Below, one piece after another: positions 39,725 to 49,103 of a stretch of DNA of 64,000 nt. Position 1 is the first letter of the stretch. Each line of letters begins with the position of its first letter. Under the pieces are notes generated by a model that did no database searches, was not told the DNA's origin, and worked only from the letters and a program-made list of their open reading frames with translations. Source of the stretch: an uncultured delta proteobacterium. GTDB taxonomy: Bacteria; Desulfobacterota; Binatia; JACPRU01. Where the stretch lies: assembly GCA_963745025.1 (NCBI GenBank), contig CAVUWD010000016.1:1077507-1141506 (forward strand), read 5' to 3'. The position numbers and the translations under genes were made by a program.

Positions 39725-42700
39725 TCAGCGCGATTCCAACATACGCTCTAGTTTATCGGCCTGTGCCACGTACCAGTGCATCGCAAACGTACGCAGCGCA
39801 GCCGTCGCCTGCGCGAGCACGCTGTGCGCGGCCTCCGCGTCGCCATCGCGGGCGAGTACCTCCGCGAGCTGGAGACGCGTCACCGCGGTCTCTCGCATCG
39901 CCCCTCGCACCTCGGCCAGCTTTACGCCGGTCTCGAGATGCGCGCGGGCTTCCGCCAGCTGCGGCTCCGGCCCTCGCATACGGGCAATGCCAAGGGCGCG
40001 GTGGGCCTGAATCTCCCCGATCCGGTCTCCCACCTCGGCGCGGGCGAGGGCGCGGTGCGCGACGGAGACGGCCTCGTCTACCCGCCCGCCGAAGGCAAGC
40101 GCCTCGGCGAGACAGCTGCACTTGACCGACAGCGAGAGCCCGCCGCTCTTCTCGAACGCCGTAACGGCCTCTCGTAGCCGATTGAGGCCCACCGGATCCC
40201 CACGCCCGCACACGAGTGCGTACCCTTCCGTCGTTCGGCTCATCGCATCTATGTAGGGCGCCTCGATGGCGTCCGCGATCGCACGCATCTCCTTGCTGCG
40301 GCGGATGCACGCATCCCATTCACCTTGGAAGAGATCGACCCACGCCACTATCGTCAGGATCGAGCCTTCAAGCTGGCGTTGGCGGAGCTCGCGGACGATC
40401 GCGAGGGCCTCGCCGACGCGGGTGCGCGCGGTCGCAAAATCGCCGCGCTCGGCATCGACGAGCGCGAGGTAACCCAGGGCGTTGGCGATGACGATGGTGC
40501 GGCCGCTGGAGCCACCCTCGCGCCGCAGGTGGATCGCCCGAGAGAGGTGATCGGTCGCGAGCCCGAACTCGGCCTCATGGTAGAAGCTCTGGCCGAGATT
40601 GGTGTGGAGCTGCGAGATCAGGCGGTGATCGGCGGCGGCCTGGGCGAGCTCTAGGGCGCGCTCGAAGTGCTGCACGGCGGTCCGGTGATTGCCGAAGGTG
40701 TGCTCGAACCAGCCCATCCAGTAGATGGCGCGCGCGGCACCCCTCAGATACCCGAGGCGCTCGGCGATCTCGTAGGACGCCCGCAGCACGTCTTGGCGCG
40801 CTTCCGCCGGCTGGTACACGGTCACGGCGGCCCACTTCGCGCTGAGGTCGACGCGCTGACGGAGCTGGTCGGGGTCGCTCGCGAGCCGATCGAGCAGCTC
40901 GATCGCCCGCCGATACTGCGTCCGCGCGGCACCCAGCGAAAACGACGCGGCGGCCTTGTCGCCGGCTCGTCCGGCGAACAGCGCCGCGCGCTCGAAGTCC
41001 TCGCCACGTTCGTAGTGCTCGGTGAGCACTTCATAGTGCTCTGAGAGGCGATCCGCTGAGGAGCCCGCCTCGATTGACTGGCCGACTCTCCGATGGAGAT
41101 CGCGCCGACGACGCCGCAGGATGCTCTCGTACGCCACATCGCGCGTGATCGCATGCTTGAAACGATAGGTCGCGTCGCTGCTCCCCGAGTCCGGCACCTC
41201 GCTCACGAGTTCCTGCGCCTCGAGCCGTGCGAGAATTGTCGCGACCGCGCGCTCGCTCTGCGCGGCCACGGTGGCGAGAACACGGAGCGCGAAGCGCTCG
41301 CCCAGCACGGAGGCGAGCCGCAAGAGTTCTCGCTCCGGCGCGTCCAGCCGGTCGATGCGTGCGCGAATTACCGCCTGGACCGTGGGAGGCACCTCGAGCG
41401 CGTCGAATGCGAGGTCAAGGCCCGTCGCGGAGGCTTTGTCGACAAGCGACCGGCAGATCTCTTCCAGGAAGAGAGGGTTGCCGCCGGTCCACCCATGGAG
41501 GCGACGCACGGTCTCGTCCGAGACCGCCCCGAGACGGGACACGATCACCACGCGGGACTCGGAGGCGTCGAGCGGCCGCAGGTGCAAGCGCCACGGGTGC
41601 GGGCCACGCCACGGGGGCTCGCCTTCGGGGCGGTAGGTGGTCACCACCATGAGCGCGTGATTGGCGACCGTTGCGGCGAGCTGCTCCAGCGCGGCGGTGG
41701 ACGACTCGTCAGCCCAGTGCCAGTCCTCGAGTAGAACGACGAGGGGCTGGCGACGTGCGACCGCCGTGCAGAGCGCCACTAGACTGCGTATCATGGCCTC
41801 GCGCAAGAGATCGTCCCGTAGCTGCGGAGGCAGCGGGTAGTCGTCGGTTTGGAGCGACAGCAGCTGGAGGTAGAGCGGGAGGTGCTCGGCGAGCGCTGCA
41901 TCGATCTCTCGAAGCGCCGCCGCCGCGCTGTTCCGCTGCACGCTCGGAGCATCAGTATCGCGTATATCGAGCAGCTCACGGAGCAAGCGCAGAAAGGGCT
42001 GGAACGGTGGGGGTATTGCGGTGGCATCGCAGGCCGTCAGCACTACGCGGACGTCGTCCGGTACACGCGCACGCGCTTCGAAGAGGAAGCGACTCTTGCC
42101 GACGCCCGGTTCCCCGACGACTGCGATCCAGCGTCCATGACCGAGTCGCGCGTTCTGCAGGCATTCGTCGAGTTCGGCGTGCTCGCGCTCACGACCGCAA
42201 TATGCGCCGACGGCCTGCTCACGCATGTCCTCGAACAAGCCGCGCGGAATCGACCCCAACACGCGAAAGGCTTTGACGGGACATTCCTTGCCCCGCAGGG
42301 GCACCGACCCCAATGGCTCCATCGCGAAGTACCGCACGATGGCGTGATGGGTTTCGCCGTCGACCAGGATCTCGTCTGCTTCGGCCACACCGACTAGCCG
42401 GGCCGCAGTGTTGATGGTGTCGCCCGTCACCCCGAAGAGCCCTTCGCGCTTGTCGCGCACCTGCGTGACGATCACGCCGGTGCAGATCGCCGTATGCAGG
42501 GCCAGCCGCCGTCTTCCGAGCCTATCGAGCTCTGTGTCGACCGTCCGCACCAACTGGTGCAGCTCGAGCGCCGCCGTCACAGCGCGACGCGGGTCATTGT
42601 CGTGCGCGACGGGTACGCCGAAGAGGGCCTTCACGTCGTCGCCGGAAAACTGGTTCACGGTCCCGCCGTGCGCCTCGATGATCTGAGTGGCGCCGGTGAA

Positions 42701-42913
42701 GATCCGGTTCATGACTCCGACGACGTCCTCAGGGTCGAGCTGCTCGGTGAGGCGCGAGTAGCCTGCCAGGTCCGCGAAAAGCACCGTCGCCACCCGTCGC
42801 TCGCCGAACGGCAGGTCCCTTCCGGTACTCATATCGTCGCTGGCCGGCTTTCCCGGATCACGGGCACGCCCGATTGCCGCGCCCTCCTGACTCTCCTCTT
42901 TCTCACCCTTCAT
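39725..42913 (-). CDS. Class III adenylate/guanylate cyclase - STAND AAA ATPase - TPR protein
   Basis: TVLFADLAGY, FSGDD, GDTINTAARL; GEPGVGKS Walker A; LLEDWHWAD Walker B; GGNPLF; helical repeat C-terminus. Confidence 0.92.
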   Translation of the reverse strand: MKGEKEESQEGAAIGRARDPGKPASDDMSTGRDLPFGERRVATVLFADLAGYSRLTEQLDPEDVVGVMNRIFTGATQIIEAHGGTVNQFSGDDVKALFGVPVAHDNDPRRAVTAALELHQLVRTVDTELDRLGRRRLALHTAICTGVIVTQVRDKREGLFGVTGDTINTAARLVGVAEADEILVDGETHHAIVRYFAMEPLGSVPLRGKECPVKAFRVLGSIPRGLFEDMREQAVGAYCGREREHAELDECLQNARLGHGRWIAVVGEPGVGKSRFLFEARARVPDDVRVVLTACDATAIPPPFQPFLRLLRELLDIRDTDAPSVQRNSAAAALREIDAALAEHLPLYLQLLSLQTDDYPLPPQLRDDLLREAMIRSLVALCTAVARRQPLVVLLEDWHWADESSTAALEQLAATVANHALMVVTTYRPEGEPPWRGPHPWRLHLRPLDASESRVVIVSRLGAVSDETVRRLHGWTGGNPLFLEEICRSLVDKASATGLDLAFDALEVPPTVQAVIRARIDRLDAPERELLRLASVLGERFALRVLATVAAQSERAVATILARLEAQELVSEVPDSGSSDATYRFKHAITRDVAYESILRRRRRDLHRRVGQSIEAGSSADRLSEHYEVLTEHYERGEDFERAALFAGRAGDKAAASFSLGAARTQYRRAIELLDRLASDPDQLRQRVDLSAKWAAVTVYQPAEARQDVLRASYEIAERLGYLRGAARAIYWMGWFEHTFGNHRTAVQHFERALELAQAAADHRLISQLHTNLGQSFYHEAEFGLATDHLSRAIHLRREGGSSGRTIVIANALGYLALVDAERGDFATARTRVGEALAIVRELRQRQLEGSILTIVAWVDLFQGEWDACIRRSKEMRAIADAIEAPYIDAMSRTTEGYALVCGRGDPVGLNRLREAVTAFEKSGGLSLSVKCSCLAEALAFGGRVDEAVSVAHRALARAEVGDRIGEIQAHRALGIARMRGPEPQLAEARAHLETGVKLAEVRGAMRETAVTRLQLAEVLARDGDAEAAHSVLAQATAALRTFAMHWYVAQADKLERMLESR

Positions 42914-44435
42914 GGCGAATGGTCGCGAGGTACGAGAGCGCGCTCTTCGACGGTAGAAAAAAGTACTCTCCGCCGCGAACGGTCACGAAACGACGCAATG
43001 GCACGTCGGCGTTGCCGAGCACCAGGGGGCCGGAGGTCGTTGGTACGATGAACTGCCCGCCAGCCCGGGTGCGCCCGAGAAGCGGGTCGACTTCGTCCCA
43101 GCGCCCGTTGACGAAGGTGGGATCGTTCAGCCACCGTTGCTGTACGACCTCGAATTGCTGCTCGATGTCGGCGTTGAGGCAGGCGAAGTAGAGCCCGCGC
43201 GTGCCGGCAGGATCCGGCGTAGCGCCCGCCTTTTCCAGCATCAATTTCGGGTCAGGCCATCCCAGCACCGGGTTGCCGTAAGGGCGACCGCGTCGCAGGA
43301 TGCGGTGGCGGCGGACTGCAGCCAGCGACCGCCGCTCGGCAAGCCGCGGTATCGTGTCGCGAGGGTTCGCGCGGCGGATGTGGGCGCCAAACGGACAGGC
43401 GAACCCGTCCGCATCCTCAGCGTCGCGGAAGGCGAAGTTGTTGCTTCTTTCATCGACCTTGAAGAAGCTCGTCGGTTCCTCACGGGCAAGCGTCAGCGGA
43501 GCGCCGTTCCGCCACCGCCCAACGATCTTCGCGGCACGGTGCTCCATCGTCAGGACGTCGCTGGCACTGTCGCGCGCGAACTGCCAGAAGGCGATTACGT
43601 CCTGGTCGATCTCGCGGAGCACCAGATAGGTGCCGCCACGGCCTAAGTCGCAACGGCCGCCGTCGGGGGCGAGTCGGAGGCCAGCGGTGCGTGCGGTCGG
43701 TGTGGCACGCACCGTCGGCCCGCAAACGATCTCCCCCGCCTCGTTCGGATAGCCGAGAAGGAGCTCGCCTGGTGCCAAGAGGTCGGAGGCATCGTCCTCT
43801 GCCTGCAGGCGAAACCACGGTTGTGAGATGCCGTCGACGAAGCCGAAGTGCTCCCTTAGCCCCTCGAACTGCGGCGCCTTCGGCCAGGCGGCTCGGAGCC
43901 GTACCACCTCGCGGATATTGCAGGCCGCGGCGCACTTCTGCGCGTCGGCCAGTGGCTTATCAAGCGCAGTGTCGTCGGCCCCGAACAGCATGAGCACGGC
44001 GTCCACATGCTTCGGGTCCTCTTTGGGGAACTCGGGGTCCAGCGACTTCGGACGCTGCACATTTCCCCACCGCCAATGATCCGGGGCACACTCCCCGACG
44101 TCGCCCAAGTCCCTCGAGCGGTGCGCCGACCCGCTCATTCCCTCTCGAAACGCGGGGCCGAACTCAGCGAGCGCACGCGACTCGAGCCCGCATGCGGCAA
44201 ACCCAGGATGCGAGAACGCAACGTTCACGGACGTGTACCGCTTCCCCTCCGCCCGTCCGAAGCTCACCTGTTTCGCGGTCTCCGCAAGCCAGGCACCCAA
44301 GCGGTCTTTTGCATCGTCGAGGCGCAAGAGGAGATAGCACGCCTCGGGAAGGTCCCCGTGGCCGCTGAGCGCAAGGGACTGTATCTCTGTCAGGTCGACA
44401 TTGTAGGCCGCGTCCGGCGGCGGTCGTCTCGTCAT
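42903..44435 (-). CDS. DyP-type (dye-decolorizing) heme peroxidase
   Basis: EHFGFVDGISQP (distal Asp), CPFGAHIRRANPRD (proximal His), HRILRRGRPYG (distal Arg), GGEYFFLPS. Confidence 0.92.
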   Translation of the reverse strand: MTRRPPPDAAYNVDLTEIQSLALSGHGDLPEACYLLLRLDDAKDRLGAWLAETAKQVSFGRAEGKRYTSVNVAFSHPGFAACGLESRALAEFGPAFREGMSGSAHRSRDLGDVGECAPDHWRWGNVQRPKSLDPEFPKEDPKHVDAVLMLFGADDTALDKPLADAQKCAAACNIREVVRLRAAWPKAPQFEGLREHFGFVDGISQPWFRLQAEDDASDLLAPGELLLGYPNEAGEIVCGPTVRATPTARTAGLRLAPDGGRCDLGRGGTYLVLREIDQDVIAFWQFARDSASDVLTMEHRAAKIVGRWRNGAPLTLAREEPTSFFKVDERSNNFAFRDAEDADGFACPFGAHIRRANPRDTIPRLAERRSLAAVRRHRILRRGRPYGNPVLGWPDPKLMLEKAGATPDPAGTRGLYFACLNADIEQQFEVVQQRWLNDPTFVNGRWDEVDPLLGRTRAGGQFIVPTTSGPLVLGNADVPLRRFVTVRGGEYFFLPSKSALSYLATIRHEG

Positions 44436-45985
44436 GGAGGCCGTCCCTCAAGCATGTCCAGCCACTCGTCCACCTCGCTCGGAGTCGGGTAGCCATTGAG
44501 CAGCTGATGGATGCGCCAGTTGTCGTTGATCCGCCGAGTGGTGAAGCGCCGCGTCGGGTATCCACAGTACCAGACGTCGGTCGCAATCTGATGCACCCGG
44601 GCCGCGTTCTGGAATTCTTCGAGATCGCGCGCTCCATTGCCGAGGAACGCGGTCGTTGGCGGGAATCCCTCTGTGTTGCCCCAGATGGCGTTCAATCCCG
44701 GCGCGGCGTTATCGGAGAAGTCAGCGAAGTAGTCGAGCGCCCGGCCATCGTAGTTGGACATGAAGAGCAAACGCCGCCCGCCGTCGACGAGCCGCCACTG
44801 CGCGAAATGGATCGTCTCCACGCCCATCAGCCGTCCCTCGACATTGCGCCGGGCACGGAAGCCCACGACCCACAAGACAAGGCGTAAGGTCAGCGCCCGC
44901 AGAACCCCGCCCTTCACGTCCGTGACGATCGTCAAGCGATTCATGCCAGGACGTTCGTTGTCGGCCTCCTTGAGGTAGTTGTCATAGTCTTTGAAGGTCT
45001 GTCTTGGCACCGGGACCCAACGGAGGGCCTCGCGAGGCTCGACCACGAAGACGAAGGCGACAGCCCACAGAGCCGCTAGTATCGCGGCAATACCGACGAG
45101 CGCGGCGATGTAGGCGCCCGCAAATCCGAGGATCGGCTTCGCGCCGAGGGGGATGCGGAGCCATACGGCAAGGCAGGCGCCGAACCCTAAGACGCCGACA
45201 GAGACGCCGATGGACAGCGTAGCTGCAACCTGCGATTCGACAATCGCGGAGACTAGGTCGATGAGGAGGCCCCGGGTCGCTGGCTGCGGCGGCGCCTGCG
45301 CCGCGAATGCTGCGAGGTCCGGCGCCTCCTCCTTCAGCGTATCTTTCACGAAGAGCCGCGCCCGTAGAAACAGGTGAGGGTTCGGAAGGTCCTCGAGCCT
45401 TTTCGCGGCAGCCTGCTTCTGCTCGCGTACAAAGCCGGCGAGCCGCCGTGCAAGGAGTTCCTGCAGCTCGATCGCCTTTACCGAACGGTTGGGCGTACCC
45501 ATGTATTCCGCTACGGGGCCTCGTGCCACGTGACTTTCGAGGAAGCTTCGCACCGCGTTTGAGTCGCCGCTTCTGGGATAGGCGGGGCAGTGTGACCCGT
45601 AAATCCGGTCGAGCACATCACGCGCGTTTGTCACAAGCCGGTCGAGGTGCTGCTCGCGCGAACCGTCGAACACGGTGTACATCACGAGCGACGGCGAGAC
45701 CGCGAGCCCGCGACGTCGCACCCGGTCTGGTAGCACCACCCAGCGCGCGACGTGAAGGCCCTCGACCCGGGTAAGGGATGTCTGCCTACTCCGCACCTCC
45801 TTGTCTGTGGTCGCGAGGACCAATCGCAGCGGTTCGACGGCGCTCTCCTCAAGGGGTACGACCACGACGAGACTCGCGATGACGCTCCGCTCAGGCGAGC
45901 TCGCAGTAGCGAAGGAAGAGGACCGCCCCGTGGGGCGGTGTGCTTCGTCAAGCGCCGACTCGCGCCTCGCAGTCTCGGGCGACAT
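44432..45985 (-). CDS. DyP-associated membrane protein with two homologous soluble domains around two TM helices
   Basis: GLHVARWVV...VFDG and TIHFAQW...LLFMSNYDG repeats; GAGGAG RBS; ATGA overlap with DyP. Confidence 0.8.
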   Translation of the reverse strand: MSPETARRESALDEAHRPTGRSSSFATASSPERSVIASLVVVVPLEESAVEPLRLVLATTDKEVRSRQTSLTRVEGLHVARWVVLPDRVRRRGLAVSPSLVMYTVFDGSREQHLDRLVTNARDVLDRIYGSHCPAYPRSGDSNAVRSFLESHVARGPVAEYMGTPNRSVKAIELQELLARRLAGFVREQKQAAAKRLEDLPNPHLFLRARLFVKDTLKEEAPDLAAFAAQAPPQPATRGLLIDLVSAIVESQVAATLSIGVSVGVLGFGACLAVWLRIPLGAKPILGFAGAYIAALVGIAAILAALWAVAFVFVVEPREALRWVPVPRQTFKDYDNYLKEADNERPGMNRLTIVTDVKGGVLRALTLRLVLWVVGFRARRNVEGRLMGVETIHFAQWRLVDGGRRLLFMSNYDGRALDYFADFSDNAAPGLNAIWGNTEGFPPTTAFLGNGARDLEEFQNAARVHQIATDVWYCGYPTRRFTTRRINDNWRIHQLLNGYPTPSEVDEWLDMLEGRPP

Positions 45986-45993
45986 CGTGCTCC

Positions 45994-47367
45994 TCAATCA
46001 AAAACGAGCTGGAAGCTCGTCGGCCATCGACTTTTCACCCTTCGCAGGGTGCCGGCCAGACCCGGCGCCCGCCGGACGTTCCGGAGTGAGAACACGGCGG
46101 CGACCATCTCGGTCATGAGGATGGTGGCGATCGGGCGTTGCGGCGTCGCCGCGACGCACTGATGCTGACCCGTGCCGAATACGAGGTACTGACTCGCCGG
46201 GCGGCCTGCGAGAAAGGTGCCCGGATGAGGGGCAAGTCTCGGATCGAAGGCCACGGCGAGCGTGACCGCAATGACGGTCGCGTTCGCCGGAACAGCCACC
46301 CGTCGCCCGCTCCCGGCCTCGAGCACGACACCGTCAGGGCAGTGTCGGATCAGACCCGGCGGAAAGGGCGAGAAGCGCGCAGCCTCCAGCACGTGCCGCT
46401 CAAGGAGGTTGTCGACGGGAGCCCCCGCGTCTCGCTGCCGGTGGTGCTCGAGCGCCAACGTACGGACGGTGTCGAGGTCGCGCGCCGAAAGGTCGAACAG
46501 GCGATCCATGACGTCGAGGTACTGCGAGGTCGTCGGTACGAGGAGGCCCAAGATGGTTCCGCCCAACACCGTACAGAGCTCGTCGTCGGTCCAACGCGCC
46601 GCGTCGGTCTTGACGAGCCGATCGACCACCGTGTCCCCGCTCGCCTGGCCAGCCGCCTCGCGTTTCTCGCGGATCACCTGGAGCAGGTGTTCTCGGATCT
46701 GCTGCCCAGCGTCCTCCGCGTCTGCCTTGAGGTGGCCCGTCAACAGCTCGACGTTGAAGATGTAGGAGGCCGTTCGCTGGCAGAGGCCCAGCAAGGTGGC
46801 ACCCGCGCGGCCGGCAGACTCGATCTCGCGAACGCCGAAGTAGTCCTCGGTGAAACGAGAGATCGCAATCTGGGCCACGGACACGAGATCGACGGATCCG
46901 CCTCCGTCATTGGCGCGAGGCGAGGAGGGATGCTGGACGCCGAAGGTCGCCGCCTCCCGCGCGAGAGCTCGAATCTGGTCGCAATCGTCCGGCCGCAGAA
47001 CGCCGCGTAGTAGTTCGCTCTGCCGCGCGTACTCCTGCGAGTCGAAATCGAGGCCGAGGAGAAAGGGCCCGAACGTCTCGCGCATTTTCTTTTCGTAGAG
47101 GTAGACCCTGAACTTCTCGTAGTCGGCGAGGACGCGACAGACTCCCTTGGCGTCGAAGACGAGAACGAGCGGCGGCAGATCGCGGCGGGTTAAAACCCCC
47201 TTCTCCCTCTCGACGAACGCCCGCAGAGCACTCTGGAGCCATTGCGGGACGACCCAGACCGGGATGAGCACCCGGAGCACCGCGAAGCCCCAGCAGGTCA
47301 GCGTGCGTACAGCGCGACGAACAAGGCGCCTCACCGAAAGCTCCTTCTCCGACTCTGAGCGGAGCAA
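45994..47367 (-). CDS. Atypical cytochrome P450 (start uncertain)
   Basis: EAAR ExxR motif, FGTGQHQCVA heme-Cys loop; I-helix GTILGLLVPTT lacks A/G-G-x-D/E-T. Confidence 0.85.
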   Translation of the reverse strand: MLRSESEKELSVRRLVRRAVRTLTCWGFAVLRVLIPVWVVPQWLQSALRAFVEREKGVLTRRDLPPLVLVFDAKGVCRVLADYEKFRVYLYEKKMRETFGPFLLGLDFDSQEYARQSELLRGVLRPDDCDQIRALAREAATFGVQHPSSPRANDGGGSVDLVSVAQIAISRFTEDYFGVREIESAGRAGATLLGLCQRTASYIFNVELLTGHLKADAEDAGQQIREHLLQVIREKREAAGQASGDTVVDRLVKTDAARWTDDELCTVLGGTILGLLVPTTSQYLDVMDRLFDLSARDLDTVRTLALEHHRQRDAGAPVDNLLERHVLEAARFSPFPPGLIRHCPDGVVLEAGSGRRVAVPANATVIAVTLAVAFDPRLAPHPGTFLAGRPASQYLVFGTGQHQCVAATPQRPIATILMTEMVAAVFSLRNVRRAPGLAGTLRRVKSRWPTSFQLVFD

Positions 47368-47811
47368 ATCCGGATCGTGGCGACAGCGGATTCTTTATAA
47401 CACTCTGGATCCTGGAGCAAGGCGGGAGACTGTCGAGGCTGCCGAAAAGATCACTGGATACTTCCCCGGTGCGGATCGGCGCACCCGAGCCGATACCACG
47501 CGGACCGCGCAAGGCCGGATGCCCGTCAGGGAGTTCGGGCGTGGGCGCCGATGCCACGCTCGGTCGTGAACGAGCGCAAGCCGGCACCCTTTTGCGCTGC
47601 CCGAGGCCAAGCAGCACGAATCCCGCAAGACGTAGGCCGCGGAGGTTCTCTCCATCCAGTCGGTCCGCTGCCTGCGCGAAGCTACCCGCAGGACTGTGAT
47701 CCGGGTCAAGCCGTCCGGGCCGGCCCCAAGCGGGCTGAAGCAAAGTTCTTCACGCCGCGGCGGGGGAGGGGGACGCTCGCCGAGCGACTCCGATCCCGTG
47801 GCTACCGGCGG

Positions 47812-48340
47812 CTACGCTTGGAGCAGCTCCGATGAGAACAAGGCGCTCGTCCGGAAGGTGCGGCGGCGGTCACGCGTGGATTGCACGATCGTGTCGCGGT
47901 TCTCGTGGCGCTGGTACTGCGCGGCGATTCGCCTAACCGATTCCTCTTCCATCGCCTGAAGCAGTTCGTCCTCCGACTGACCGGGCTTCTGCACGGCCGC
48001 GAAGATGCCGCGCGCGCCCGAGTCGCCATGCTGGTTAGCGAGATCGAGCATGAACGCGACGCTCCGCTCGCTCCAAACCGCTCGGCGTAGCTCCGTACCT
48101 TCTCGAGCGAGGCACCGAAGGCGCGAAGCGCCTCTTGCACCTGCGCGCGCTGGAACGACGGATCGAGCGCGGCCCGTTGAAGCGCGCAATCCAGTCGTCG
48201 GCGGTGAGGTCGAAGCGCAGATCTGTTGTGTGGCCCTGGGCATCGACGCCCCCGTGTGCCCTCGCCACGTGGGCGAGAACCCCTTGCGCGAGCGCCTCGT
48301 CCTTGGCGGCGAAGATCTCCGCGTGTTCGTCGTCAGAGTA
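47812..48340 (-). pseudogene. Multiply frameshifted hypothetical gene (possibly lysozyme-like/peptidoglycan-associated C-terminus)
   Basis: Protein-like segments across frames: DWIARF, FQRAQVQEALRAF, SERSVAFMLDLANQHGDSGA. Confidence 0.35.
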
Positions 48341-48752
48341 ATCGAGACCACGAGACCCGTTTCGTACGAGACACTTTCCAGCCGGTTGGTTTTCCTATGC
48401 GGCTCGTCGATTCATCCGTTTCCGTCGTTTGAGGGTCGCCTGCTTGAGTCGAAGTACCAGCTGCGCTGCAACTTGTTTCGGTCGCGCATTCTCGGGATGC
48501 CGGCGAAGCTGGCCGGGCTACTCGTCGGGGTCGACAACGCGAACGTGATCAAGGACAGGATCGAGATCGAAGCACTCCAGGCTGTCAGGAGCTGTGCTCC
48601 AGTTGTTCCGATCCTAGAGGCACCAGTCTCGTGGCATTCGTTCCAGTAAGTCCATGGATGAGGGAGCATTTTCGGCGCTTCTGCCCGCCGATACCGAATC
48701 TGTCTTGCCGGCATCGTCCAATGAATCTTGCCCTTTCTTGCCCGTGAAGCGC

Positions 48753-48785
48753 CGCGAGGCTAGCCGATTAACGGCTAACCTCGCG
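48753..48785 (-). terminator. Inverted repeat just downstream of the intact tRNA
   Basis: CGCGAGGCTAGCCG-ATTAA-CGGCTAACCTCGCG (13/14 paired). Confidence 0.5.
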
Positions 48786-48794
48786 AAATCTCAG

Positions 48795-48866
48795 AGCGGG
48801 AGACGGGGATTGAACCCGCGACCTTCTCGTTGGCAACGAGACGTTCTACCGCTGAACTACTCCCGC
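48795..48866 (-). tRNA. tRNA-Gly (GCC), CCA not encoded
   Basis: GCGGGAGTAGTTCAGCGGTAGAACGTCTCGTTGCCAACGAGAAGGTCGCGGGTTCAATCCCCGTCTCCCGCT; acceptor GCGGGAG/CTCCCGC. Confidence 0.97.
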
Positions 48867-49103
48867 GTATTCGTTCTTACACGAATTATACTACAGCTCC
48901 ACTCAGAATTTCCTCGACCTCCCGTTCCATCTCCCAGCGCGATTCGGCCCTATTTGCCACCTGGCAGAGCGGTTCGCAACCCCAGCTCCCGGCCACCGAG
49001 ACGGCGACGTCGGTGGCAGTGGGAGCACTCGGTCGGCAACGAGGCGTTCTGCCGCTGACTACGATGGCGGACAGCACCGCGGGGTCGCTTGTCGAAGAAC
49101 TCC

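Larger units (their letters stand above)
38905..48843. mobile_element. ~9.9-kb genomic island integrated at tRNA-Gly(GCC); no integrase inside
   Basis: Bounded by 55-bp direct repeats overlapping the tRNA 3' end; cargo operon unrelated to flanking core genes. Confidence 0.85.

Noticed and set aside
38967-42913. Canonical CBASS or Pycsar system
   Set aside because: No CD-NTase; the cyclase is a STAND-fused class III type, no cNMP-binding effector is adjacent, and the patatin is truncated.
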